A stretch of DNA of 64,000 nucleotides from an uncultured delta proteobacterium (GTDB lineage: Bacteria; Desulfobacterota; Zymogenia; Zymogenales; Zymogenaceae). Each line of letters opens with the position of its first letter. The first letter of the stretch is position 1. The notes beneath the pieces are model-generated. The model did not search any database. It saw only the letters and a list, made by a program, of their open reading frames with translations, and was not told the DNA's origin. The DNA is taken from positions 128,001 to 192,000 of the forward strand of contig CAVTLK010000004.1 of the NCBI GenBank assembly GCA_963735595.1, given 5' to 3'. The translations under genes and the position numbers were made by a program. Of the stretch, positions 54,066 to 63,346 are shown in pieces.

Positions 54066-55328
54066 CTATTTCACGAAGTACCAGTCGGCCACCAGAGTCT
54101 CCTGCTTGGGGACCACAAGCATGATCACGGGGCGCGCGGCGATCTTGCCGGGCATCCCGACCAGCATGACCGATATCGTGCCGCCGTCCAGCGTCACTGC
54201 TTTTGCCGTAAGGCCGTAAAATCCCCTGTTTCCGTCCGCGGCAATCCCGACGACCGATTTCTTTGTGAAATCGACCGCGGGAATCCTGGCGTAATCAATC
54301 CCAAGCTCCTTGGCGATCTTCTTGAGCTCGTCGGCGGTGGCAGCGGTGAACTCCGTATCTACGAGCGCATAATCAATGGTGTCCGTGAAGAGCACCTCGT
54401 GGGCGATGGACGTACCGTAGGTGACCCCCTTTTCGATCATCTTCTGCTTCATGCCCGAAACCAGGATCGAATCGAGGTTGTTATCGACAATCGCCACGTC
54501 ATCGCCGTATCCGCGTCCGGTCGTGCTTTCGAGACCCGCTGGCCCCTCGGCCACGGACGGAGCGGGAACCTTGGAGGCAAGGCCCTTTTCCTCGGCCCGG
54601 CCCGCACCCAGCTTCCAGAAGCCCTCGTCCTTTTTATCGTCCATCGCGTAGTAGTCACCGCCGGCCATCATAACCGTTTCGGTCTCGCCGGAATCGGTGA
54701 CGTACTCCCCCTTATAGGTGAGGTACTGGAATGTCCCCTCGCTTCCCTTGGCGATCTTCGTGAACACGTCAACACCCTCGGTCGAAAGGCCGCTGGCGCC
54801 GATCGTGTTGATGATGATTTCCCGCTTCAGTGCCGTCTTGATCTCATTTTGCCACGTATAGTCATTCTCGTAGATGTTAGGCGGCGCGTCGCCGATAAGG
54901 AAGATCGTCTTTTCGGTAGTGGCGTTCCGATCCCAGTTCATGTTGTTAATCGTGACGTGGAGCGCCTCGTTGACGCTTTCGGGCTCGTCGCCGCCGCCCG
55001 AGGCCTCGATGGCCTTGACTTCCTTTATGACAGCATCGGTATCATCGGTGAGATCGAAGAGCCTGGTGACAAATTCGTCACCGCGGTCGCGGAATATCAC
55101 CAGGCCGAAGCGTACGTCGGGCCTGGGCGTACCCCCCTCGATCTCGGCAATCATATCGACCAGGCTCTTTTTGACGACGGCAATCTCGTCGCCCATGGAG
55201 CCGGTAGTATCTACCAGGAAGACCACGTCCATCCGCGGTGCCTTTTCGGCGGCCCAGAGGGATGTGGCGGCGGGTAATAGTGTTATCAGAAAAAGAAGGA
55301 CGGTAAAGGACATGACAGCTCGTTTCAT
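54066..55328 (-). CDS. Secreted VWA-domain protein with a PrcB-C-like C-terminal domain
   Basis: Signal peptide; DVVFLVDTTGSM (MIDAS), GGGDEPE, LIGDAPP; tail PAVDFTKKSVVGI...RPVIMLVVPK. Confidence 0.8.
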   Translation of the reverse strand: MKRAVMSFTVLLFLITLLPAATSLWAAEKAPRMDVVFLVDTTGSMGDEIAVVKKSLVDMIAEIEGGTPRPDVRFGLVIFRDRGDEFVTRLFDLTDDTDAVIKEVKAIEASGGGDEPESVNEALHVTINNMNWDRNATTEKTIFLIGDAPPNIYENDYTWQNEIKTALKREIIINTIGASGLSTEGVDVFTKIAKGSEGTFQYLTYKGEYVTDSGETETVMMAGGDYYAMDDKKDEGFWKLGAGRAEEKGLASKVPAPSVAEGPAGLESTTGRGYGDDVAIVDNNLDSILVSGMKQKMIEKGVTYGTSIAHEVLFTDTIDYALVDTEFTAATADELKKIAKELGIDYARIPAVDFTKKSVVGIAADGNRGFYGLTAKAVTLDGGTISVMLVGMPGKIAARPVIMLVVPKQETLVADWYFVK

Positions 55329-55455
55329 ACGGGTACCTCCGGTTTTTAATCGGTATGACACGGTTTGAGCCAAAAGGTTCCCGACGGCGCCGGTGTAGAC
55401 GCAACGTGGCGTATACGGTTACACCCGCCGCGGGGATAAATCGGGAGGGGTGGGC

Positions 55456-55978
55456 CTACGAGTTGGCCTTCACAAACAACATCCTGAGGTCATACAGTGC
55501 CCCATCGATAAGGCCCTCCTCGTCGGGGGTCAGGTTTCCGGCGGTCTTTTCCTTGAGGAGCGAGATGAGGTCGATAGTCTGGCGGGCCCCCATAAGATCG
55601 GTGATGGTCTTGCCGGATACAGGATCGGGAACCTGCCCGAGGTAGATGAGGGCGGAGGTGGAAAGGGACATGATAAACGAGGTAAACGTCAGGGGCATAT
55701 AGGCCCGCTCCCCGGTTCGCGAAGCGGCCTCGGGCCCGGCATGCGCGTCTTCGGGCGCTTGACCCGCCGTACCTGACGCCGTCGGCTCGCCGGATGTTGG
55801 CCCGGAAGGTTCGGCCTGGGGGTGTTCGCCCGTCTTCAGGATGCTCTTCCGTTACGGCCTCGGGGGGCGCGTAGCCGGAGTCCGGCGCGTCCTCTTTGCC
55901 GATCCTGCGCTTGTCGTGCACGGCAAAACCCTTGTCGTCTTGTTCGGTCTTATCTTTATCTTTGTCCGGTGCGTCCAT
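55456..55978 (-). CDS. DUF1844 domain protein (frameshifted)
   Basis: N-terminal GFAVHDKRR; C-terminal FTSFIMSL...LGQVPDP...ARQTIDLISLLKEKTAGNL...LYDLRMLFV. Confidence 0.85.
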
Positions 55979-56067
55979 TGTCTCTCCATTATTGTCGTTT
56001 CTGCGAAACAGGCCTCCAATAAGACGGAGACGCCGGTCTGTCTCCCGCTAAACCGGGGACCGGCGGT

Positions 56068-57003
56068 TCACCAGCCGAGCTCAGCGCGGGGGTTGAAGGG
56101 GTTCTGCCCGTCGAAATCACGCAGGAGCTTTTTGCTCGAATCGGATATCTTCTTTGGGACGGCAATCTTGATTACCGCGTACATATCGCCGCGGCCCGTG
56201 CCCTTGAGACGCGGCGCGCCTTTGCCCCGAAGGCGAAGGCGCTGGCCGCCCTGAGTGCCCTCCGGAATAGTGAGGCGCGTGGGGCCCTCAACGGTAGGAA
56301 TATCGACCTGCGCCCCGAGCGCGGCCTCGGTGATGGTGACGGGAACCTCCACGTAGATATCGTCTTCCTTGCGGGTGAAGTAAGGATGCGGTCGGAGCCT
56401 CGTGACGATGTAGAGGTCACCCGAGGGGCCGCCGGCGATTCCCGGGCCGCCTTTTGCCTTGAGTCGAACGCGGGAACCGTCGTTGACGCCGGCCGGAATC
56501 GTCACGGTCAGGTGCTCGGTACCGGTTTCCGTGCGAAGGGCGATGGTCTTGGTAACCCCCTGAACGGCTTCGATAAAATCGATCTCCATGGTGTAGGAGA
56601 GATCTTCTCCCGCGCGGGGCCTTCGCGTGGTGGAGCGGTGCGCCCCGAACAGCTCGGAGAAGATATCGGAAAAGGAACCGTATTGATCGGTACCGCCGCC
56701 GCCGGAGAAGTCAAATCCGTCAAACGAACCGTCGCCGCTTCTCCATGTCCAGGTCCGCGCCCCGGGCCCGCCCCCGGGAGAGAAGGCAGCGTCTCCGAAC
56801 TGATCGTACATCTTCTTCTTTTCGGGGTCGGTGAGTACTTCGTAGGCCTCGGAAATCTCTTTAAATTTGTCTTCGGCGGAAGGATCGCCGGGATTCATAT
56901 CGGGGTGGTATTTTCGGGCGAGTTTTCGATAAGCCTTCTTAATTTCGTCCAGCGAGGCGCCACGGGAAAGCCCGAGCGCCCCATAGTAGTCCTTTTTTGC
57001 CAT
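56068..57003 (-). CDS. DnaJ class B chaperone (CbpA-like, no Zn finger)
   Basis: DYY, KKAYRKLARKYHPD, G/F region, C-terminal domain without CxxCxGxG. Confidence 0.93.
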   Translation of the reverse strand: MAKKDYYGALGLSRGASLDEIKKAYRKLARKYHPDMNPGDPSAEDKFKEISEAYEVLTDPEKKKMYDQFGDAAFSPGGGPGARTWTWRSGDGSFDGFDFSGGGGTDQYGSFSDIFSELFGAHRSTTRRPRAGEDLSYTMEIDFIEAVQGVTKTIALRTETGTEHLTVTIPAGVNDGSRVRLKAKGGPGIAGGPSGDLYIVTRLRPHPYFTRKEDDIYVEVPVTITEAALGAQVDIPTVEGPTRLTIPEGTQGGQRLRLRGKGAPRLKGTGRGDMYAVIKIAVPKKISDSSKKLLRDFDGQNPFNPRAELGW

Positions 57004-57049
57004 CTAATAAATTGTAATACCGGTAATCCGTTAGGGTGCGCGAAAATGG

Positions 57050-57499
57050 TTACGTTTCTTTGATCTCGATCTGTTTGGGACGCGCGTCCCGTATCTTCGG
57101 AATCATAATCTCCAGGAGGCCGTCCTTGAACGTTGCGGTCACCTTTGAGTGGTCGACAGTCTGGGGCAGTGCAAACGTTCGGGAGAAGGCGCCGTATGAC
57201 CGCTCGATTCGGTGATAATTCTCTTCTTTGATGTCTTTCTCGAACTTGCGCTCACCCCTGAGGACCAGGGTCGAGTCCTTAACCTCGATCGTCACGTCGC
57301 CCTTGTTCAATCCAGCAAGCTCCGCCTTCAGGACGACGGCCTCGTCGGTCTCATAGATATCGACGGGTGGAGACCAGAACCCGGGAGCCAGGGATTCCTC
57401 ATAGCCGCGATTCCTGGTCATGCTGTCCTGGAAGAGCCGGTCCATTCTATCCTGCAGCGTGAGAAGATCGCGGAAGGGATCCCATCTGATCAGAGCCAT
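57050..57499 (-). CDS. Hsp20/alpha-crystallin small heat shock protein
   Basis: WDPF, PPVDIYE, ERSYGAFSR, ATFKDGLLEI; GGAGG RBS. Confidence 0.95.
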   Translation of the reverse strand: MALIRWDPFRDLLTLQDRMDRLFQDSMTRNRGYEESLAPGFWSPPVDIYETDEAVVLKAELAGLNKGDVTIEVKDSTLVLRGERKFEKDIKEENYHRIERSYGAFSRTFALPQTVDHSKVTATFKDGLLEIMIPKIRDARPKQIEIKET

Positions 57500-57560
57500 C
57501 CAGAACACCTCCTTCAATGAATAAGGATATATTTAAGAATTATACCATCCTTTCAAGAAT

Positions 57561-57589
57561 AATGTAAGTAAATTTAGAGGTAAAGTCAA
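57561..57589 (-). promoter_or_regulatory. Putative sigma-70 promoter of hsp20-dnaJ-DUF1844
   Basis: Minus strand TTGACT-17 nt-TACATT. Confidence 0.55.
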
Positions 57590-57683
57590 GGAGGCGCCGG
57601 TTGGTTTTTTCTTGACATAATGAGAGGCACACGGTTTAATAGGCGTGTTTTTCAGAACGGTAAAAAAAGGATTTGAGGATACC

Positions 57684-58112
57684 ATGAAAAGATATCTGAT
57701 TGGGTTTGTCGTGATACTGGCGGTTGTGGCGGTTTCGGGATGCGGCTATCGAACTCCCGAAGCCTGCCAGGAAGCTATATTCAAAGCGATCTCCAACGAT
57801 GACGCCGAGGCGTTTTTCAAGTGCGTGCTCACCCCTCCGGAAGATGAAAAGGAACGGGAAGCGGTCTTTTCCTGGGCCCGGGAGGGCTACACTCCTTACC
57901 TGGACGGGGAGATCATGAGCAGGAATGAAATCGAGGATGTCATAATCCTCAACGTTGCCCCTTCGGCGGACTATCTGAGCATCTACGGTTCGGCACTGGC
58001 TCCGGAGCCGCTGGGTCTGGCCTTTGTCAAGGAGAAGGGGTATAAGCTCGACCTGGAGTATACGGAAAAGATAAAAGAGCTTCAGGACCTGTACAAGGGT
58101 TTGATGCGCTGA
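57684..58112 (+). CDS. Hypothetical lipoprotein
   Basis: MKRY + hydrophobic stretch + VSGC lipobox; GAGG RBS. Confidence 0.75.
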   Translation: MKRYLIGFVVILAVVAVSGCGYRTPEACQEAIFKAISNDDAEAFFKCVLTPPEDEKEREAVFSWAREGYTPYLDGEIMSRNEIEDVIILNVAPSADYLSIYGSALAPEPLGLAFVKEKGYKLDLEYTEKIKELQDLYKGLMR

Positions 58113-58236
58113 TATAACGGAGCGCAAAGCTGCCGGTATTGGTTCGCAATACGGTGCGTGTGCCGGATGGATACGGCGTATGCGGGCAGGTGAGAGTACG
58201 AAAACCGGGAAGTAGGGGCGCGGCCTCCCGAGAATG

Positions 58237-58272
58237 AAAAGACCCGATCACGATGATCGGGTCTTTTTTTTC
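58237..58272. terminator. Bidirectional Rho-independent terminator
   Basis: AAAAGACCCGATCA-CGA-TGATCGGGTCTTTTTTTTT. Confidence 0.85.
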
Positions 58273-58281
58273 GGTGTTATT

Positions 58282-58500
58282 TCAGCCGGTCAGGGCGTAG
58301 CCGATGACCGCAAAGATCCCGACAAGGGACGTGAAGAGTATAAGGATGATGAACCTGATCCTCCGTATCTTTGCCTCAACGTCTTTGCCGCGAATGGATT
58401 GCAGAGAGAACCAGGCGAAGATGAAGAAGGATATTCCGATGGATAACCCGACGGGGATCAGCGCCAGAACGGCCGTTTTCAGAAGGAAAGTATGATCTAC
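58282..58500 (-). CDS. Small two-TM membrane protein; no canonical in-frame start codon
   Basis: Manual translation VDHTFLLKTAVLALIPVGLSIGISFFIFAWFSLQSIRGKDVEAKIRRIRFIILILFTSLVGIFAVIGYALTG*; ends just before the terminator. Confidence 0.55.
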   Translation of the reverse strand, partial: VDHTFLLKTAVLALIPVGLSIGISFFIFAWFSLQSIRGKDVEAKIRRIRFIILILFTSLVGIFAVIGYALTG

Positions 58501-58556
58501 TACCTGTAACCGCCGATCGAGCGTGCCCGGTACGGACGGTGGGGCGCTGCGGCTCC

Positions 58557-59426
58557 CTAAGGTTCCAGGTTGAGGGCGCGCAACACCCGCTCGTTGAACA
58601 GCTCGGGCTTTTCCACAACGGGGTTGTGTAAGCTCTCGGGGATCGAGATGACCGTCAGGTTCCTGAAATACGTATGGACCAATTTACCAAACTCTCCGAT
58701 CGGCCCGAACGACTTCCCCCCCTCTACGTAAAATACCGGAATATCCGTCCGATACGTCTTCCGGTAGGCCGCGAATCTCCCTTTCGAGAAGCGGTGTATG
58801 GCTGACAGAAAGTCCAGGGCGCTCTCAACCCGCGTGCGCTCAAACCCCTCCCACGTGTAGAGCCAGCCGTTGTTGCCGTTTGACTGCTGGAGCGGCAGGA
58901 ACGAATTGAGGAAATCGAACCCGGTGGCGGTCTTGAAGACCGTTCGATAGAGGAACGCATTGAATTTCGGGATCAATAATGGGTAGAGGTATTTCGGAAA
59001 ATATGCGTGTACCTCGATGAGAATGAGCCGTTCGATCAACTCGGGATACCGCTGCACGACCTCCATCGCAATGTTTCCGCCCAGGCAGTTGCCGACCAGC
59101 GTAATCTTTCCGAGATTTAGTTTTTCGATATATTTTCTGCCCAGCTCGATAAAGTCCTCGAAGGAGAAATGGGGCAGCACGGTGCTGCCGCCGTACCCCG
59201 GCCACGCAGGGCGGTATACGGTAAAATGGCGGGCAAAGGCCTCGTGACACATCCCGAACGTATCTTCATTACCGATCCAGCCGTGGTAGAAGACAAGGGG
59301 GGGGCCGGAGCCGCTCACCTTTGTGGAGATCGTAAGGCCGTCGATTTCGGTGGTAATGATTGATTCGGTTATTCGCTTTTTTGGGGGAGGTGGCGTCGTC
59401 GTCTTGGCTTTTAGTTGGGATTCCAT
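58557..59426 (-). CDS. Alpha/beta-fold hydrolase with a Cys nucleophile elbow
   Basis: LVFYHGW, WPGYGGS, LVGNCLGG, C-terminal SLHNP..EKPE. Confidence 0.88.
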   Translation of the reverse strand: MESQLKAKTTTPPPPKKRITESIITTEIDGLTISTKVSGSGPPLVFYHGWIGNEDTFGMCHEAFARHFTVYRPAWPGYGGSTVLPHFSFEDFIELGRKYIEKLNLGKITLVGNCLGGNIAMEVVQRYPELIERLILIEVHAYFPKYLYPLLIPKFNAFLYRTVFKTATGFDFLNSFLPLQQSNGNNGWLYTWEGFERTRVESALDFLSAIHRFSKGRFAAYRKTYRTDIPVFYVEGGKSFGPIGEFGKLVHTYFRNLTVISIPESLHNPVVEKPELFNERVLRALNLEP

Positions 59427-59828
59427 TGTTAACTCCAACCGGTACGTCAAAAGGATTTATACTCTTTTTTACCAGATAACGGGATTTATGTCAATCCAAT
59501 AAATACCGCAACGGGGAAACGAATCGTCACGGCGCCGCCGGTTCGCGCGGGCCGAGATTCGCAATTCCGGTGGCCGGCCGATGCAGGGCCGCTGAGGAGT
59601 TTCCCTGCGTATCGAACCAATCCCACAGAATCGGTACACGGAAACGAGCCGATAGCGCCCCTTTATGAGGTCCGGGGTTGTGCAGACGGCGCCCGTAGCG
59701 GGAGAAGCACGAAAAAAGGGCGTATTTTACTGCCCGATGGGGATAAAAACGACGAAAATGCTTGATATCAATCCATTCATCTGATATAAATCCAAAGGTT
59801 ACAATACTTGAGAAATGAGGTGATACCG

Positions 59829-59927
59829 TTGGGCAGCGTAATCAAGAAACGCAGAAAGAAGATGCGAAAGCACAAGTATAAAAAACTTCGCGCCAAGATG
59901 CGCCATAGACGTAGACGCGGCAGATAA
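59829..59927 (+). CDS. AURKAIP1/COX24-domain small basic protein (bS22/mS38-like ribosomal protein)
   Basis: TTG start after GAGGTG; MGSVIKKRRKKMRKHKYKKLRAKMRHRRRRGR (32 aa). Confidence 0.88.
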   Translation: MGSVIKKRRKKMRKHKYKKLRAKMRHRRRRGR

Positions 59928-59961
59928 CAACACCGAGGCGGTCTTTTTCCTGAGCTTTATG

Positions 59962-60017
59962 AAACGAGGGGCTTTTCATGGGCGTAACCGCACCCAAAGC
60001 CCCCCGTTTTATTTTTC
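59962..60017 (+). terminator. Putative terminator
   Basis: AAACGAGGGGCTTT...AAAGCCCCCCGTTT followed by a T-rich tract. Confidence 0.6.
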
Positions 60018-60158
60018 GCTCCTGATGATCGGCGGTATCCTGTTTGAGCCTTGGGCGCGGGCCGGCCATAGCGGCCGGGAGGTATTCCAAGAGCGGGTCA
60101 GCGCCGATACGACCCTTTGTATTACGTTCGGGGATCGTGAGAGGGCGGTGAGCCGTCC

Positions 60159-60396
60159 GTGGACGATCGGTTAGAGACGGACCGTGCCGGTGGAAGTACC
60201 AGGCGCACTATTCTCATCACGGGATCGCCCGGGGGTGGGCAAGACCGCGCTGATTGCTTCCATCGTCGATGGACTCCCGGGTACAAAGACCGGGTTCTCG
60301 CCGGGTCTCGAGATGGCACGGGCCGACGAAAGCCGGCAGGCGCTTCGATCGGCCGGACGTGAGGTCCAGACGGCCCGGCGAAAATCGACGGTATAG
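60159..60396 (+). pseudogene. Truncated THEP1/NTPase_1-like P-loop fragment
   Basis: TILITGSPG joined across a one-base shift in a G run to VGKTALIASIVDGLPGTKTGF; only about 78 codons before the stop. Confidence 0.55.
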
Positions 60397-60402
60397 ACCG
60401 TT

Positions 60403-60987
60403 ATGAAGATAATCAAGGCCGAATTCATCAAGAGCGCCGGCGCCTCCGTCGATTTACCAAAAAGTCCACTGCCCCAGGTTGCGTTTGCGGGCCGCTCCAA
60501 TGTCGGGAAATCCTCCCTGATAAATTGCCTCGTCGAGAGAAAAGACCTCGCCAAGACCTCCTCGGTTCCCGGCAAGACCCGGCTTATAAATTTCTTTTCG
60601 GTCAACGATACCGTCATTCTCGTCGATCTGCCCGGTTACGGGTACGCCCGGGTCTCGAAAGAAATGCGGCAGACGTGGCGGCCGATGGTCGAGGAATACT
60701 TCCTGACCTCGCGGACAATTAAGGCCGCGGTCATTATCATCGATATCAGGCGCGGCCCCGAGCAGGAAGAGGTCGACCTAGCCGGGTGGTTGGCAGGCCG
60801 CGAGATACGGACCCTCTTTGTGGCGACTAAGGCGGATAAGGAGAAAAGGAGCGTGTTGGGCTCCCGTGTGAGGGACAGCGCGCGCTTGCTGGGCGTTTCA
60901 CCCGACGAGTTCGTACTCTTTTCCGCAAAGACGCGGGTGGGCAGGGATCTCCTCTGGTCGCGTATCCGTGAGGCGTGTAATGCCTGA
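60403..60987 (+). CDS. engB: Ribosome biogenesis GTPase YihA/YsxC
   Basis: AGRSNVGKSS, PGKTR, VDLPGYGYA, TKADK. Confidence 0.97.
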   Translation: MKIIKAEFIKSAGASVDLPKSPLPQVAFAGRSNVGKSSLINCLVERKDLAKTSSVPGKTRLINFFSVNDTVILVDLPGYGYARVSKEMRQTWRPMVEEYFLTSRTIKAAVIIIDIRRGPEQEEVDLAGWLAGREIRTLFVATKADKEKRSVLGSRVRDSARLLGVSPDEFVLFSAKTRVGRDLLWSRIREACNA

Positions 60988-61834
60988 ATCGATCGCCTTT
61001 AAGAGCCCGGCCAAGGTCAACTATTACCTCCGGGTGACGGGTAGGCGTCCGGACGGGTATCACGATCTGCTCAACGTCATGTGCCGGGTGAGCCTCTTTG
61101 ACGAGATCACCATGACCGTGGGGGGTGATAAGATCGCGGTAGTGACCGATACTCCCCAGGCCCCGTCGGGTCCCGACAACACCGTATATCGGGCGGTCGC
61201 GTTGCTCCTGGGGACGGCGGGCCGGCAGACCGGGGTTGATATCAGGATACGCAAGCGTATTCCGGTCCAGTCCGGTCTTGGGGGGGCCAGCTCCAACGCC
61301 GCGGCGGTAATGACGCGGCTCAATGAGCTTCTGGGGCTTGGTTTCACCGCACGGGAGCTTATTGATTTGGGGATCCAGATCGGGTCGGATGTCCCGTTTT
61401 TCCTCTTCGGGTCTCCCGCGGTGGCCACCGGAAAGGGTGAAATACTTCAACGGGCAAGCGGGATTGCCGACGCGTGGCTGGTAATCGTGAAGCCGGAAGG
61501 GGGAATTTCGACCAGAGAGGCGTATGAAAAGATTGATTTGGTATTGACAGAAGAAAAAAAACATATTATCATGCCGAAGTTTATTGATACGCTTGATAGT
61601 CTCGTCGGTTGTATGCGAAACGACTTTGAACCGGTAGCAGAAACACTGCTGGGTGATATAGCAGACATAAAGGGTGAACTGATACGGCTCGGTGCGCTCG
61701 GGGCAATGCTCTCGGGAAGCGGCTCGGCGGTCTTCGGCGTCTTTGCCGATGAGTCGAGCGCCCGGCGTGCGCACGGACAGTTATCGGCTCACCGGGTGTG
61801 GAGCGCCTACGTAGCAAAAAATCTCTTCGAATAA
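60980..61834 (+). CDS. ispE: 4-diphosphocytidyl-2-C-methyl-D-erythritol kinase
   Basis: PAKVN, DGYH, KRIPVQSGLGGASSNAA, GSDVPFF, LSGSGSAVFG. Confidence 0.96.
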   Translation: MPESIAFKSPAKVNYYLRVTGRRPDGYHDLLNVMCRVSLFDEITMTVGGDKIAVVTDTPQAPSGPDNTVYRAVALLLGTAGRQTGVDIRIRKRIPVQSGLGGASSNAAAVMTRLNELLGLGFTARELIDLGIQIGSDVPFFLFGSPAVATGKGEILQRASGIADAWLVIVKPEGGISTREAYEKIDLVLTEEKKHIIMPKFIDTLDSLVGCMRNDFEPVAETLLGDIADIKGELIRLGALGAMLSGSGSAVFGVFADESSARRAHGQLSAHRVWSAYVAKNLFE

Positions 61835-61857
61835 ATATATATACTATGGAGGCATCG

Positions 61858-62154
61858 ATGGATATTACCGAGGTCAGGGTTTTCCCGGTGAACGAGGAGA
61901 GACTGAAGGCATATGCTACGATTACATTTGACGACTGCTTTATCATTCGGGATCTAAAAATCATTGACGGCAACAACGGGCTTTTTGTTGCGATGCCCAG
62001 TAAAAAACGGAAGGACGGGACGTTTCGGGACACGGCGCACCCCTTGAACAACGAGACGCGCGAGCGGATTGAGGACGTGGTGCTCAGAGAATACGAAAAG
62101 GAGCTATCACGGATCGCCGAAGGTGGAAGGCCTCTGGCGATGGACGAGCATTAA
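61858..62154 (+). CDS. spoVG: SpoVG family nucleic-acid-binding protein
   Basis: MDITEVRV, LKAYATITFD, GLFVAMPS, FRDTAHP. Confidence 0.95.
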   Translation: MDITEVRVFPVNEERLKAYATITFDDCFIIRDLKIIDGNNGLFVAMPSKKRKDGTFRDTAHPLNNETRERIEDVVLREYEKELSRIAEGGRPLAMDEH

Positions 62155-62222
62155 CAGGCGATCGTACATAGGGTGGCGGCCAACGCACGGAAAGCCGATA
62201 GTAAAGGATATAGAACATTTAG

Positions 62223-62297
62223 TGGGGTGTCGACAAGCGGTAAGTCACGGGACTTTGGATCCCGCATTCGGAGGTTCGAATCCTCCCACCCCAGCCA
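62223..62297 (+). tRNA. tRNA-Gln (TTG)
   Basis: Acceptor TGGGGTG/CACCCCA, anticodon arm CGGGA-CTTTGGA-TCCCG, T arm GGAGG-TTCGAAT-CCTCC, encoded CCA. Confidence 0.97.
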
Positions 62298-62319
62298 TAA
62301 CGGAGACATGAGTCGTTAA

Positions 62320-63258
62320 GTGGATAGAATCAAGGTTTTTGCCGGGTCCTCCAACATAGAGATGTCCCGGGAAATTTGCGATTTCTTACACATCCCGCTC
62401 GGAAAGGCGAAGATCTCGCTCTTTTCCGACAGCGAGATATCCGTGGAAATCCATGAGAGCGTGCGGGGCATGCGGGTCTTTGTTATCCAGTCCACGTGCC
62501 CCCCGGTGAACAATAACCTCATGGAGCTCCTGGTGATGATCGATGCCCTCAAGCGGGCGTCGGCTGAGGAGATCACCGCGGTTATCCCGTACTATGGGTA
62601 TGGGCGGCAGGACCGCAAGGTCTTCCCCCGGGCGCCGATATCGGCAAAGCTCGTGGCGGACCTGCTGGAGAAGGCGGGCGCCCACCGCGTTATTTCGATG
62701 GAGCTGCACGCCGGGCAGATACAGGGCTTTTTTAATATACCGGTGGATCACCTCTACTCGTCGCCGGTGATGATCGATTACCTCAGAAAGAAATTCGGCC
62801 GGGACGCGGTTATCGTCTCGCCCGACGCCGGCGGGGTGGAGCGGGCGCGAGCGTACGCGCAGCGGCTCGAGATGGTGCTCGCGATTATAGACAAGCGGCG
62901 TTCAAGTCCGAACGTCGCCCAGGTAATGAACATAATTGGAGACGTTGAGGGGAAAAATACCGTAATCCTGGACGATATGGTGGATACTGCCGGCACGCTG
63001 GTCAAGGCGGCCGACGCGCTGATGGAAAACGGGGCAAGAACGGTGTACGCGGCGGCCACCCACGCGGTTCTGTCAGGACCGGCGGTTGAGCGCATAATGA
63101 ACTCTTCGATTAAGGAGCTGGTGGTCACAAATACAATCCCCCTGTCGGACGAAGCGAAAAAGTCAGGTAGGGTGACGGTACTTTCGGTCTCGCACCTGTT
63201 GGGGGAAGCGATCAAGCGCGTGTATAAACGGGGTTCGGTAAGCGAACTATTTATCTAA
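62320..63258 (+). CDS. prs: Ribose-phosphate pyrophosphokinase
   Basis: FSDSE, YYGYGRQDRK, LHAGQIQGFF, VSPDAGG, DDMVDTAGT. Confidence 0.98.
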   Translation: MDRIKVFAGSSNIEMSREICDFLHIPLGKAKISLFSDSEISVEIHESVRGMRVFVIQSTCPPVNNNLMELLVMIDALKRASAEEITAVIPYYGYGRQDRKVFPRAPISAKLVADLLEKAGAHRVISMELHAGQIQGFFNIPVDHLYSSPVMIDYLRKKFGRDAVIVSPDAGGVERARAYAQRLEMVLAIIDKRRSSPNVAQVMNIIGDVEGKNTVILDDMVDTAGTLVKAADALMENGARTVYAAATHAVLSGPAVERIMNSSIKELVVTNTIPLSDEAKKSGRVTVLSVSHLLGEAIKRVYKRGSVSELFI

Positions 63259-63346
63259 TGAACGCCGATAGGCGCCGGGTTCGGCGCCCCGTCACGGGGG
63301 ATCGGCGGCGGGGTTCTAACCCTTGTTTTTAGGAAGGTGATAAGCA

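Noticed and set aside
61858..62154. spoVG as evidence of sporulation
   Set aside because: SpoVG is a general nucleic-acid-binding protein found near prs in many non-sporulating bacteria.
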